Below are positions 34,977-44,413 of a stretch of DNA of 52,751 nucleotides, one piece after another. Both the position numbers and the translations under genes were made by a program. This DNA is from a virus. Taxonomy: Duplodnaviria > Caudoviricetes. The notes under the pieces are model-generated. The model was not told the DNA's origin and searched no databases. It saw only the letters and a list, made by a program, of their open reading frames with translations. Each line of letters starts with the position of its first letter. The stretch's first letter is position 1. Where the stretch lies: positions 1 to 52,751 of the IMG/VR virus record IMGVR_UViG_3300036826_000291; one strand, written 5' to 3'.

Positions 34977-36005
34977 TCATCGCCGCAACTCCGCTTGCCG
35001 GCGATTGAGGAATTCCGCTTCCGCATCGGCGGCCTCGATCAGCGCGACGAATGCCGGAAGGTCGATCGGCGTGTCCTGCCCCGCATCGGCGACCGCATAG
35101 AAGCGGTCAACGCCGCGGCTGCGCACGACCGTGACTTGAATGCCGGCGAGCCGCGCCTGCCGGTTGACCGACAATGCCGCCCAATCGGTGCCGGCGATGA
35201 TCTCGGAGCGGGTCGCGCCCTCCGGGCGGCAGATCATTTCGGCGGTGCGGCGAGTCTTGCTGTCGCGCAGATGATCGAAGCTTGTCGGCCGCGGTGCGCG
35301 CTGCATGCCGGTCTTGCCGGCCTTGGCGGCGGCGACCATGCGGAGGCAGCACTTGATCCAATTGGTCGCCTTTTCCGCGTCGATGGTTCCGGCGTGCTGG
35401 CGAAACTCGACCGTCGAATGTTTCTGGAACGCGGTCAGGTTCAGCTTGAAAAATCGCTGGTGATAGGCGGGCCCGCGTCCCGTGGCGCGAATGCCGGTTT
35501 GCGCCTCGACCAACTGCGCGAAGCTCGCCGCGGAATCGACCGCCGGAAGATTGGCGCTCGCGAGCGAACGGCAATAGACGTTGGTCCCGCCGCGACGCGA
35601 GGCCGGCATTAGGCCGTCAATGACCGGCTCAAACTTCGCGTAAAGCTTTACGAGATTCTTGAAGAACGCGAGATCGCCGCCGCGCGCACCGACGTGAACG
35701 TGAAAGCCGCATGACTGATTGACGCTGGCGCCGATGGCGGTAAGCGCGCGGCACATCGTCTCGACTTGCGCGAGGCCGTCGGCGCCCTGCAAGATCGGCG
35801 ACACAAGCTCGCCGCCGAAACCGGTGCCGCGCACGGAGCCGTCATGAACGATTTTCCAGGCGGTGACGCCGGCGTGAGTCGGCGCGAGTCGGTCGCCGAC
35901 GTTGACCGCGATGCCGGTTTGCGCCGAAAGCTCGCGTGCGGCGTTGGAATGCGGCGCCGGAAAGATAACCTCGAATTCAACGCCGAAGGTGAAAGCCGGA
36001 AGCAT
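34977..36005 (-). CDS. Putative amidoligase with a DUF3489-like C-terminal winged helix
   Basis: FGVEFE, DGSV, ELVSPIL, CGFHVHVG and TVEFRQHAGT motifs; then RPEGATRSEIIAGTDW. Confidence 0.85.
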   Translation of the reverse strand: MLPAFTFGVEFEVIFPAPHSNAARELSAQTGIAVNVGDRLAPTHAGVTAWKIVHDGSVRGTGFGGELVSPILQGADGLAQVETMCRALTAIGASVNQSCGFHVHVGARGGDLAFFKNLVKLYAKFEPVIDGLMPASRRGGTNVYCRSLASANLPAVDSAASFAQLVEAQTGIRATGRGPAYHQRFFKLNLTAFQKHSTVEFRQHAGTIDAEKATNWIKCCLRMVAAAKAGKTGMQRAPRPTSFDHLRDSKTRRTAEMICRPEGATRSEIIAGTDWAALSVNRQARLAGIQVTVVRSRGVDRFYAVADAGQDTPIDLPAFVALIEAADAEAEFLNRRQAELRR

Positions 36006-36047
36006 TGTTGGTCCCTCTTGTGGCCGCGCGAACGGCCGTTGAAACGT

Positions 36048-36088
36048 GGCCTAAATATAGGCCGGGCATGCCCTGCGGTAAAGCCAAA
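36048..36088 (-). promoter_or_regulatory. Sigma70-like promoter with a palindrome over the -10 (copy 1)
   Basis: TTTACC-N17-TATATT; GGCCTAAATATAGGCC at 36048-36063. Confidence 0.65.
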
Positions 36089-36300
36089 TCGCGGCGATTT
36101 CCTTTCATTGTTTGGAGCCTGTTGAACGGACCAAGCCGCCGGCAACTCAGCAAAAGCGCCGGCAGTGGCCGGCGCGGAGAAAATTGTTCTTCTGGCGATT
36201 GGCGCGTAAGCTGGCCTTCCGCAAGGCGCCTTTCGGGGTTGGTCCCTCTTGGGGCGCCGAGCGGAAGGGGCGCGGCGCGCGAACGCCGCGCCCCACCACC

Positions 36301-36699
36301 TCAATCCTCGGTCGGCAGCATGATGGTGATGACCGGCGCGGCATCATCGCCGGGGCCGCAGATCGCCTTAAGCTCAACCGCGTCGCGGCGGTCGAGCCGC
36401 TCACGGTTGCTGTTGCGGACCCACAGCCGATAACGGATCACGTCGCCGCCTTTGCCGTGGCGAATGGCGACGCGCAGCATATAGACGACGTCCCACAGCC
36501 GGCCGGCAATGTCCTGCCCGCGCACACCGGGCGGCACCTCGACGTAAGCGTCCCACACCGCGCGCGTCACCGCGCATGGGAATTTGAGTCCGGCTTCGCG
36601 TGCGGCCTCGCTCACGTCGACCAGCACGCCATCGGCGATCGCCTGGGCGCGGCTGTAGCTGGAAATCACCGGGCCGAACACATCATCGGTGCCGCTCAT
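36301..36699 (-). CDS. DUF6573-like protein
   Basis: YSRAQAIADGVLVDV...GRLWDV...GPGD....ITIMLPTED. Confidence 0.75.
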   Translation of the reverse strand: MSGTDDVFGPVISSYSRAQAIADGVLVDVSEAAREAGLKFPCAVTRAVWDAYVEVPPGVRGQDIAGRLWDVVYMLRVAIRHGKGGDVIRYRLWVRNSNRERLDRRDAVELKAICGPGDDAAPVITIMLPTED

Positions 36700-36911
36700 G
36701 ACCGTGCACCGTGGTGCGCCTCGCATGCGGCCTTCGCCTCGTTCATTGAGGCAAAGTCTTTGCCGACGACGTAGTGAAGATCGGGCATGTTGAACATCGC
36801 GTTGTAACGGCCGCGAACCGCGATATACACCAAATAGCGCCCGCCGGTTGGCGGGTCAGCGACTTGGCATTTGCGCGCCGTGTTATAAGGCGGCGTGTCC
36901 CATAGCAGCAT
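36696..36911 (-). CDS. Hypothetical protein
   Basis: AGAGGGACCAAG-ATG leader. Confidence 0.55.
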   Translation of the reverse strand: MLLWDTPPYNTARKCQVADPPTGGRYLVYIAVRGRYNAMFNMPDLHYVVGKDFASMNEAKAACEAHHGARS

Positions 36912-36992
36912 CTTGGTCCCTCTCTTTGGTGGTGGCCTGATCGTCAGGCGGTGGAGGCCAGCCCACCGCAACGGCGCTCGCGCGCCGTTTCA

Positions 36993-37208
36993 CTATTCCT
37001 CGATCTTGATGCCGATCCGCAGCGCATCGGCGCGGGTGAGCACGATGCCGGCGGCGTGTTCGTAGCGCGCGCTCAAATCCGAATTGACCGGATAGACGCT
37101 GGCATCGAGGCGGGTCGCCGCCGCGCCGTCCTCGACATGCAGCACGACAACGTTTCCATTGTCGTCGAGGCGGCCGAAAAACGTGCCGTTTGTCGCGATA
37201 GTCTTCAC
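36993..37208 (-). CDS. Hypothetical protein
   Basis: AGGAG upstream; in operon. Confidence 0.5.
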   Translation of the reverse strand: MKTIATNGTFFGRLDDNGNVVVLHVEDGAAATRLDASVYPVNSDLSARYEHAAGIVLTRADALRIGIKIEE

Positions 37209-37225
37209 TCATTGCACTCTCCTGG

Positions 37226-37465
37226 TTAACGCCGGAACAGGTCGCGGCGGAAATCGTGGAACGCATCGTTGATGCGGTCGCGCGTGACCTGCGCTTCGAA
37301 CCGGGCGCGCTCGGCCGCGGCGCGGCGCGCCGAGTCGTCGCGCGCGGCCTCTAATGCCGCTTCCTCGCGTGCCGCCTGCAGTGCGGCGTCCGATTGCCCG
37401 TTCGGCTTGGCGATCATGCCGAGCACAAACAGGGCGGCGAGAAGGATGAAAAGTTTTTTGATCAT
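37226..37465 (-). CDS. Small exported/membrane protein
   Basis: MIKKLFILLAALFVLGMIA signal-like N-terminus. Confidence 0.5.
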   Translation of the reverse strand: MIKKLFILLAALFVLGMIAKPNGQSDAALQAAREEAALEAARDDSARRAAAERARFEAQVTRDRINDAFHDFRRDLFRR

Positions 37466-37470
37466 GGCGG

Positions 37471-37659
37471 TCACCGCGGCTCGACGGTGACGGTGATCGA
37501 CTGCGGCGCGGCACCGCGCTCGAATGCGGTCTTGCGCAGGTACATGGTGCCGACCTTGGCCCACACCTGCTCGACCGGCTGGCCGGCCTCGTCGACTTCC
37601 TGATAGCGCAGCGCGCCCTTGGTTTCGCGCTCCAGGCGCATCTTCACGATGGTAGGCAT
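37471..37659 (-). CDS. Hypothetical protein
   Basis: ERETKGALRYQE...GTMYLRK; AGAGGGACTA-ATG leader. Confidence 0.65.
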   Translation of the reverse strand: MPTIVKMRLERETKGALRYQEVDEAGQPVEQVWAKVGTMYLRKTAFERGAAPQSITVTVEPR

Positions 37660-37745
37660 TAGTCCCTCTTTGGTTTGCGGCCTTTGGCCGGATGCGAAGA
37701 TCGCATCGACGGGCAGCGCGCGCGGCGCTGCCCTTGCGATACGGT

Positions 37746-37970
37746 CTAATGTCGGCCGGTCATGGCCGAGTAATTGAATGGCGCGACCACGCGCGGGCGG
37801 TCGAGCCATGCAGGTGCACGCGCTTCGCGAATGAACCGCGCGGTCGCTTCCGGCCACGCCACCGCGTCGGCGGCGCAGTCGGTCCATGCAAGTTCGCCGT
37901 CGTGCAGCGAGGCCCAAAGCGTCGTGCCCTCGAATTCGCCGGCGACGCGGAACATTCCACGGAAGGCCAT
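37746..37970 (-). CDS. Hypothetical protein
   Basis: Coupled start (TAATG). Confidence 0.4.
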   Translation of the reverse strand: MAFRGMFRVAGEFEGTTLWASLHDGELAWTDCAADAVAWPEATARFIREARAPAWLDRPRVVAPFNYSAMTGRH

Positions 37971-38158
37971 TAGCGTTGCATCCAGACGTCGTCGATGGCT
38001 CTGCACACTTCCTCCGGCGACTTGCCGAACAGGTCGGCGACAAGGGCGGCGGCAACGATTCCGCCCTCACTGAAAACGCCGTGCTCGGAGTCCATGCACC
38101 AGCATTCATCGTTCGTGGCGATCCACGCGACGGCCGCGCGATAAAGTTGCTTGCTCAT
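37970..38158 (-). CDS. Hypothetical protein
   Basis: YRAAVAWIATNDE...LVADLFGK motif. Confidence 0.6.
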   Translation of the reverse strand: MSKQLYRAAVAWIATNDECWCMDSEHGVFSEGGIVAAALVADLFGKSPEEVCRAIDDVWMQR

Positions 38159-38164
38159 TGTTGG

Positions 38165-38320
38165 TCACTCCCAATGGGTTGCGTGACTGGCGCGTTCTTG
38201 CCGGCCGCAAAGAAACTGCGCGATTCGCTTGGCCTCTTTCCGGGTGACGGCCTCGACCGTTACTTCGCGAATGACGCGACCGGAACGATCCTCAATTTCG
38301 ACTTGATAGGTACGGAGCAT
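38165..38320 (-). CDS. Hypothetical protein, first gene of the leftward island
   Basis: AGAGGGACCAAAAA-ATG leader after promoter copy 2. Confidence 0.55.
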   Translation of the reverse strand: MLRTYQVEIEDRSGRVIREVTVEAVTRKEAKRIAQFLCGRQERASHATHWE

Positions 38321-38360
38321 TTTTTGGTCCCTCTCTGGGCCGCGACGGCCCGGTTTCGAT

Positions 38361-38401
38361 GGCCTGAATATAGGCCGGCATTGCCGGGCTACAAAGCCAA
38401 A
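38361..38401 (-). promoter_or_regulatory. Sigma70-like promoter with a palindrome over the -10 (copy 2)
   Basis: TTTGTA-N17-TATATT; GGCCTGAATATAGGCC at 38361-38376. Confidence 0.65.
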
Positions 38402-38454
38402 GTTGGAGAAAACTATTTCATTGGTCGGAAAACCGGACAAAGGAATTCCCTATA

Positions 38455-39135
38455 ATGCCTGAAACCGAGGCCGGGATAGTATCGACCGCAGCGGCGACGG
38501 CTTTGCTGCTGATGGACACGCCCGCGGAATTGGATGCCTTGCGCCGCGCCGGCTGGATCAAACCGGAAGGGCCGGACCGCTGGCGGCTGGTGCCGCTGGT
38601 GCAAGGCTTTGCCCGGTGGGCGCGCTTCACCGCAACCACCGCGACGACCGCGCAGCTCGCCGCGTGCTGGTCCGTGACCAAGGTGCGCGTCGCGCAGCTC
38701 GCCGGCGAGGGCTGGTTCAAACCGATCGCCGGCCATCGCGGCGTCTATGACTGGGCCGAAGCCAACAGCGGCATCGTCCGCTACCTGCGCGACGATGGGC
38801 GGCGCACCTCAAGGAGCACGGCCGAAGCTCACGCGCGCGAGGTCAAGACCCGCGAGGTCGAGTTGCGCATTGCATTGCGTGCCGGCGAATTGATGGAGCA
38901 CGCCGAGCACATTGAAATTCTCGACGAGCTGCTTGGCCTGGTGCAATCGGAACTGGCAGGATTGCCGGCGCGGCTTTCCCGCGATATGCGCGAGCGGCAA
39001 CGGATCGAACAGGCGGTCGATGCAATCCTCGAAAGGCTTTCGGCGCGTGCCGCCGAAAGGAGTCGGCAGCTGGCAGCGAGCTTCGCTGGCGCTCAAGCGA
39101 GCGCCACGCACGACGCCGGATCAATGGGCGGCTGA
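38455..39135 (+). CDS. Terminase small subunit (Nu1-like)
   Basis: Winged-HTH-like segments, then a coiled coil (ELRIALRAGELM...LPARL); overlaps TerL as in lambda. Confidence 0.7.
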   Translation: MPETEAGIVSTAAATALLLMDTPAELDALRRAGWIKPEGPDRWRLVPLVQGFARWARFTATTATTAQLAACWSVTKVRVAQLAGEGWFKPIAGHRGVYDWAEANSGIVRYLRDDGRRTSRSTAEAHAREVKTREVELRIALRAGELMEHAEHIEILDELLGLVQSELAGLPARLSRDMRERQRIEQAVDAILERLSARAAERSRQLAASFAGAQASATHDAGSMGG

Positions 39136-41017
39136 ACACCGCAGCTATCCGCAGAGCGCAGCGATACCGGGGCCGCGCGACCCGGCGTTGACGCCCTACA
39201 TGATCGCATTCGAGCGCGCCGTCGCCGAGGGCGCCTATCGGCGCATCGTCATCATCACCGCCAGCCAAGCGGGCAAGACCGAGGCGTTGCTCGACATTGC
39301 CGGCCAGCGCCTCGATCAGCGGCCGGCGCCGATTCTCTATGTCGGTCCGAACAAGCAGTTTCTGACCGAGCAATTCGAGCCGCGGGTGATGGCCTTGCTC
39401 GACAGCGCGCCGGCGCTCGCCGCAAAGGTGGCGCGCGGCAAGCGCATGACCAAGACCCGCAAGGTGATCGCCGGGGTTCCGTTTCGGCTCGCGCATGCGG
39501 GATCGTCGGCGGCGCTAAAGAGCGATCCGGCGGCGCTCGCCCTGGTCGACGAGTATGACGAGATGCTCGCCAATGTCCGCGGCCAGGGCGACCCACTCGG
39601 CTTGGTCGAACGACGCGGCGACACCTATGCGGAATTCGTCTGCGCCGTCACCTCGACACCGCGCCGCGGCATGATCCGCGCCGTCAAGGAGCAGAGCGGC
39701 TTGGTGTTCTGGGCGGTGAGCGAGGTCGAGGACATCGAGTCGCCGATCTGGCGGCTGTGGCAGGCGGGCACGCGGCATCACCTCGCATGGCCGTGTCCGC
39801 ATTGCGGCGAGTTCTTCATTCCGCGGTTCGATTGCGTGCGCTGGCCGGACGGCGCCACGCCGATCGAGGCCGAGCATGCGACCTTCCTCGAATGTCCGCG
39901 CTGCGGCGGCATCATCGAGGATGCGCACAAGGCGGCGATGAATGCGGCGAGCCGCTTCGTTGCGCCGGGACAGGCGATCGACCGCGACGGCAACGTCAGC
40001 GGCGAACCGCCGCAAGCAACATCGTTGACGTTTTGGGTATCTGGCCTTGCCTCGCCGTTCGTCAGCTTCGGCGAGCGCGTGCGTAGCTATCTCGAGGCCG
40101 TCGCCATGGGCGACGACGCCATGGTGCAGACCGCCGTCAATGCCGGCTTCGGCGAACTCTATTCGCCGGCCGCCGGCGCTTTGAAGGAATGGCAGCAAGT
40201 CGCCCGCCGCCGGCAGCCGCATCGCTTCGGCGAGGTGCCGACCGACGTGCTCAAGCTCTCGGCCGCGGTCGACGTGCAGGCCAATGCGCTGTTCTATTCG
40301 ATCCGCGGATGGGGCGCGCGCGCCTCGTCATGGCAGATCGAGAGCGGCGAACTCGCCGGCTTCACCAACGAGCCGGAAATCTGGAACGATCTCGCGCATG
40401 TGCTGACCGAGCATTACGGCGGCTTGCCGATCGCGCTCGTATTGATCGATTCCGGTTTCCGGCCCGACAAGCCGAACGAAGGGCCGACCAACGTCGTCTA
40501 TGACTTTTGCCGGCGAATGCGGCGTTTCGTCAGACCGACAAAAGGCTACGCCACGCTGTCGGCGCCGGTGCTGCGCGGCAAGGCCAAGGTGACGGTGCCC
40601 GGCCATCGCAATCCGGTCGCGTTGGAGCTGGTGCGGCTCGACACCGACTATTGGAAATCGCGGCTGCACGAACGGCTGGCATGGCCGGAGGATCAGCCCG
40701 GCGGCTTCGTGCTTTCATCCGACGCCACCGACGACTATTGCAAGCAGCTCGTTTCCGAGGTGCGCAAGCTGACGCCCGGCGGCAAGCCGCAATGGATCAG
40801 GATTTCGCGCGCGAATCATTTTTTGGATGCGGAGGCCATGAATGAGGCCGCCGGGCATCTGCTGGCGGTGCAGAAGATTCCGCTCGGCACAAGACGCAAC
40901 GCCGCGCCGCAAGACGATGACGACACGCCGCCGCCGCCACCGCCCGCCGCCCCTGCCGCCGCGCTCGACATGCGCAAGATGATGGCGGGATTCGCGGCGC
41001 GCATGAACAGGACTTAG
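39020..41017 (+). CDS. Terminase large subunit (lambda GpA family); start approximate
   Basis: TPYM, ASQAGKTE, LVDEYD, STP, CPHCG, AVDVQ and NHFLDAE motifs. Confidence 0.93.
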   Translation: MQSSKGFRRVPPKGVGSWQRASLALKRAPRTTPDQWAAEHRSYPQSAAIPGPRDPALTPYMIAFERAVAEGAYRRIVIITASQAGKTEALLDIAGQRLDQRPAPILYVGPNKQFLTEQFEPRVMALLDSAPALAAKVARGKRMTKTRKVIAGVPFRLAHAGSSAALKSDPAALALVDEYDEMLANVRGQGDPLGLVERRGDTYAEFVCAVTSTPRRGMIRAVKEQSGLVFWAVSEVEDIESPIWRLWQAGTRHHLAWPCPHCGEFFIPRFDCVRWPDGATPIEAEHATFLECPRCGGIIEDAHKAAMNAASRFVAPGQAIDRDGNVSGEPPQATSLTFWVSGLASPFVSFGERVRSYLEAVAMGDDAMVQTAVNAGFGELYSPAAGALKEWQQVARRRQPHRFGEVPTDVLKLSAAVDVQANALFYSIRGWGARASSWQIESGELAGFTNEPEIWNDLAHVLTEHYGGLPIALVLIDSGFRPDKPNEGPTNVVYDFCRRMRRFVRPTKGYATLSAPVLRGKAKVTVPGHRNPVALELVRLDTDYWKSRLHERLAWPEDQPGGFVLSSDATDDYCKQLVSEVRKLTPGGKPQWIRISRANHFLDAEAMNEAAGHLLAVQKIPLGTRRNAAPQDDDDTPPPPPPAAPAAALDMRKMMAGFAARMNRT

Positions 41018-41020
41018 AGC

Positions 41021-42802
41021 ATGCCGACCAAGGTCAAGGACGCGACGCCGCGACGGCCGCGCGACGCAACCGCGCGGGCGAAGCCGAGCGCCACCTTCAT
41101 GCGCGACCTTGGCACGCCGTATCTCGCACCATGGCGGCCGGCGCTGCGCGAGGTGTCCGACGACGTGCGCCAGTCGTGGGCGCAGGCCGCGGCGCGCGCC
41201 ATCGACATGATCCAGAATTCCGGCTGGATTTCCGGCGCGGTCGACCAAAGCATCGCCTACACCATCGGCGCCGGGCTGCGGCTCGCCTCCAAGCCGGACG
41301 CCGCCGCGCTCGGCTGGACCGCCGACGAGGCGCAGCAATGGGCGCACGACGTCGAGCGGCGATGGGAGGCGTGGGCAAACCGGCCGATCGAATGCGACGT
41401 CGAGGGCAAGGCGTCGGTCGGCAAGATGCAGGCACAGGCCATGCGCTCGCACTTTGCCTATGGCGAGGTGCTGGCCACCTTGCCGTTCGTCAAGCGCCAG
41501 GGCTGCCAGTACGGAACCAAGGTGCAGATGCTGCCGCCGCTGCGGCTCGCGCAGGACACCAATCCGCCGACCATGGTGCAGGGCGTGATTCGTGACGCCA
41601 CCGGATTCCCGTTGGCCTACCGCATCAAGAAACCGCCGACCGATTACGCCGCGCCCGCCTATCGCGACATTCCGGCGCGCGACCCATGGGGCCGCTCGCA
41701 GGTCGTCCATGTGTTTGACGGCTCGCCCGGTCAGGCGCGCGGCATTGCACCGATCACCCCGGCGCTGCGCGTGGTGCGCCAGTTCGATCAGCTCTCCGAC
41801 GCCACGCTGACCGCGGCGCTGTTGCAGACCATCTTTGCCGCCACGGTCACCTCGCCGCAGCCGACCGAGGAAGTGCTGGCGGCGTTTCAGGATTTGGTCG
41901 AGCAACAGGCATCGCGCATCGGCACGACCGGCGACGTGCCGACGCCGATCGAGGCGATGATGGCGTCGCGCCAGGGCTGGTACGACCAGACGCAGATCGA
42001 CCTCGGCCGCCACGGCAAGGTGGCGCACCTCGCGCCCGGCGACGAAATGGCGCTGCATCGCTCGGAACATCCAAACGCGACATTCGAGGCGTTCGCAAAA
42101 TTCCTGCTGCGCGAGATCGCGCGCTGCTTGGCGCTGACCTATGAGGATTTCACCGGCGACTATGCGGGCGCCACCTATTCGTCGGTGCGCATGGCCACCT
42201 CGGCGATGTGGATGATCACCGTCTATCGGCGCGTCAACATCATCGCCCCGTTCCTCAATCCGATTTTCGAGGCATGGCTTGAGGAAGACATCGAGAACGG
42301 CTGGACACCGTTTCCCGGCGGCGTCGACGGCTACATCGCCAATCGCGCGGCGGCGACGCGCGCGCACTGGCGCGGTCCCGCCAAGCCGCAGGCGGACGAT
42401 GCGAAGTTCGCCAACGCCATCAAAACGCTGCGCTCGCTCGGCGTCATCACCGACGAATGGATCTGCGGCGAGATGGGCGAGGATTGGGAGGACGTCTACG
42501 AGCAGCGCAAGCGGGAAAAGGACAAGCGCCAGAGCCTCGATCTGCCGGACGGCAACGGCGCGGCGCCGGCGCAAACCGCAAGTAACGAACCCGGGAACGG
42601 CGAAAACGAACCCGGGGCCGCCGGCGATGGCATGAATGCGGACGAAAACCCGCAGGGATTGATGGCGCTCTTGCAAGCTCTCGCCAGCCGGCCGGCGCCG
42701 ACCGTCAACGTCACCGTGCCGCGCGGCAAGAAGATCATCAAGCAGGTCGAGCATGACGACAACGGGCGCGTGGCGCGCATCGTCGAGCACGAGGAAGAAT
42801 AG
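41021..42802 (+). CDS. Portal protein (lambda family)
   Basis: GQARGI.P, LAPGDE and LTYEDFTGDYAGATYSSVR motifs; follows TerL. Confidence 0.92.
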   Translation: MPTKVKDATPRRPRDATARAKPSATFMRDLGTPYLAPWRPALREVSDDVRQSWAQAAARAIDMIQNSGWISGAVDQSIAYTIGAGLRLASKPDAAALGWTADEAQQWAHDVERRWEAWANRPIECDVEGKASVGKMQAQAMRSHFAYGEVLATLPFVKRQGCQYGTKVQMLPPLRLAQDTNPPTMVQGVIRDATGFPLAYRIKKPPTDYAAPAYRDIPARDPWGRSQVVHVFDGSPGQARGIAPITPALRVVRQFDQLSDATLTAALLQTIFAATVTSPQPTEEVLAAFQDLVEQQASRIGTTGDVPTPIEAMMASRQGWYDQTQIDLGRHGKVAHLAPGDEMALHRSEHPNATFEAFAKFLLREIARCLALTYEDFTGDYAGATYSSVRMATSAMWMITVYRRVNIIAPFLNPIFEAWLEEDIENGWTPFPGGVDGYIANRAAATRAHWRGPAKPQADDAKFANAIKTLRSLGVITDEWICGEMGEDWEDVYEQRKREKDKRQSLDLPDGNGAAPAQTASNEPGNGENEPGAAGDGMNADENPQGLMALLQALASRPAPTVNVTVPRGKKIIKQVEHDDNGRVARIVEHEEE

Positions 42803-42804
42803 AC

Positions 42805-43224
42805 ATGGCAAACATTCGCCCGACGACAACAAGCCGCAACGCGATGCTGCAGGCGATCCTTGACCGCATCAATCTCGGCTCCGGTCCCGGCACCATCAAG
42901 ATTTACGACGGGGCGCAGCCGGCGAACGGCGACACCGCGCCATCGGGCACCTTGCTGGCAACACTCGCGTTCAGCGATCCGGCATCGGGAGCGCCGGCCT
43001 CCGGTTCGGTGACGTTCTCGGCGATTGCCGAGGTCAACGCCGCCGCCACCGGCACCGCAACCTGGGCACGCATTGCCGACTCGACCGCGGCGAGCGTGTT
43101 TGACGGCGACGTCAAGTCGGACGGGACCGGCTTCATCAACTTCAACCGCACCGATTTCGTCGCCGGCGGGCCGGTGCGCATCACCTCGTTCGTCTTGACC
43201 GTGCCGGCCAGCATCACGTTCTGA
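42805..43224 (+). CDS. Virion structural protein
   Basis: RNAML...IKIYDGAQPA...TGTATWARI motif, common in phage structural genes. Confidence 0.65.
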   Translation: MANIRPTTTSRNAMLQAILDRINLGSGPGTIKIYDGAQPANGDTAPSGTLLATLAFSDPASGAPASGSVTFSAIAEVNAAATGTATWARIADSTAASVFDGDVKSDGTGFINFNRTDFVAGGPVRITSFVLTVPASITF

Positions 43225-43225
43225 C

Positions 43226-44413
43226 ATGCCCGGCGCGTTCGCGGATCGCGTCTATTTTTCGACCGCGACGGTCGGCACCGGCGACATCGCGGTCGGCGCG
43301 GCGATCGCCGGCTTTCGCACGCCGGCGCAGGCCGGGCTCTCAACGCAGCTCGTCTCCTACGCGATCGAGGACGGTGCGAATTACGAGGTCGGCCGCGGCA
43401 CGCTGTCGGCTGCCGGCGCCACCATGTCACGGGCGCCGCTCGCGTCATCGAATGCCGGCGCGGCGATCGCGCTCTCGGGTGCGGCGCGCGTGCTGCTGAC
43501 CGCCATCGCCGCCGACCTCAATGAATTCGCGCTGGTCAATCAGGACACCACCGGCAGCGCCGGCACGCTAAATCCCGGCCGCAACATCGACGGCCAGCTT
43601 TTCAACGGCGCCGCCGACATTACGGTGATCGCGCCCGGAACACACGCCGCCGCCGGCAAGCCTGCCCCGGTCGATGCCGACGAACTGCCGTTGGTGGATT
43701 CCGCGGCGAGCAATGGTCTAAAGAAGCTCACTTGGGCGAACCTCAAGGCGGCGCTCAATAGCTATTTCGGCGGGCTGTATCTTCCTTTAACGGGAGGCTC
43801 ATTAACAGGTGGATTATCTATTCTTCCTGCGGCAGATTCTAATGCCAATATTGTAGCGACGGCGACAGGCGCGGGAGTAGTTAGTCATACTTTTACGGGA
43901 GATAGCGTTGTTCAAATCATCATGCAACGCAACTCCGACAATGCAACCGGGGTTGCATCGACATTCCGCAAACGCCGCGGAACGCAGGCGTCTCCATCCG
44001 ATATTGTGCTCAACGACAGCCTGGGCTTCTATCGGTGGGCGGGCCGACTGAGCGGCACCGACACGAATCAGGGGCAGCTTGAAGTCATCGCCACCGCCGC
44101 CACGCCGTCGTCGAGCGCACGCGACGCGCGCATGGTCGTCACGCTCGGCACCGGGGCGACCTTCTCGGAAATCGCGCGGCTCGACCATGCCACCGGCTTG
44201 TCGATGTTCGGCGCGAACGTCGTCATCGACCAAACGCGGCATCACGTCCTGCGCCAGTACACCGTTGCCACGCTGCCGGCCTCGGCAACGCTCGGCGCGC
44301 TCGCCATGGTGACGGATGCAGGCGGCACCATCACCTATCGCGGCGCGCCTACGAGCGGCGGCAGCACGAAGATCATGGTGATGTTCAACGGCGTCGCCTG
44401 GGAATATCACTGA
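43226..44413 (+). CDS. Fibre-like virion protein
   Basis: FADRV..STATVGTG N-terminus; LKKLTWANLKAAL..YLPLTGGSLTG fibre motif. Confidence 0.65.
   Translation: MPGAFADRVYFSTATVGTGDIAVGAAIAGFRTPAQAGLSTQLVSYAIEDGANYEVGRGTLSAAGATMSRAPLASSNAGAAIALSGAARVLLTAIAADLNEFALVNQDTTGSAGTLNPGRNIDGQLFNGAADITVIAPGTHAAAGKPAPVDADELPLVDSAASNGLKKLTWANLKAALNSYFGGLYLPLTGGSLTGGLSILPAADSNANIVATATGAGVVSHTFTGDSVVQIIMQRNSDNATGVASTFRKRRGTQASPSDIVLNDSLGFYRWAGRLSGTDTNQGQLEVIATAATPSSSARDARMVVTLGTGATFSEIARLDHATGLSMFGANVVIDQTRHHVLRQYTVATLPASATLGALAMVTDAGGTITYRGAPTSGGSTKIMVMFNGVAWEYH

Noticed and set aside
39056-39066. 10-nt contiguous match (AAGGAGTCGG) to the concatenated NN string of array segment 2
   Set aside because: It is too short to exceed chance given the many strings, strands and registers considered, and it does not extend.
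40715-42832. Long antisense ORFs (this one, and 11893..13242, 17206..18447, 8976..10217, 46256..47686, 50987..52501)
   Set aside because: These are shadow frames opposite well-supported genes in high-GC DNA, with no motifs of their own.
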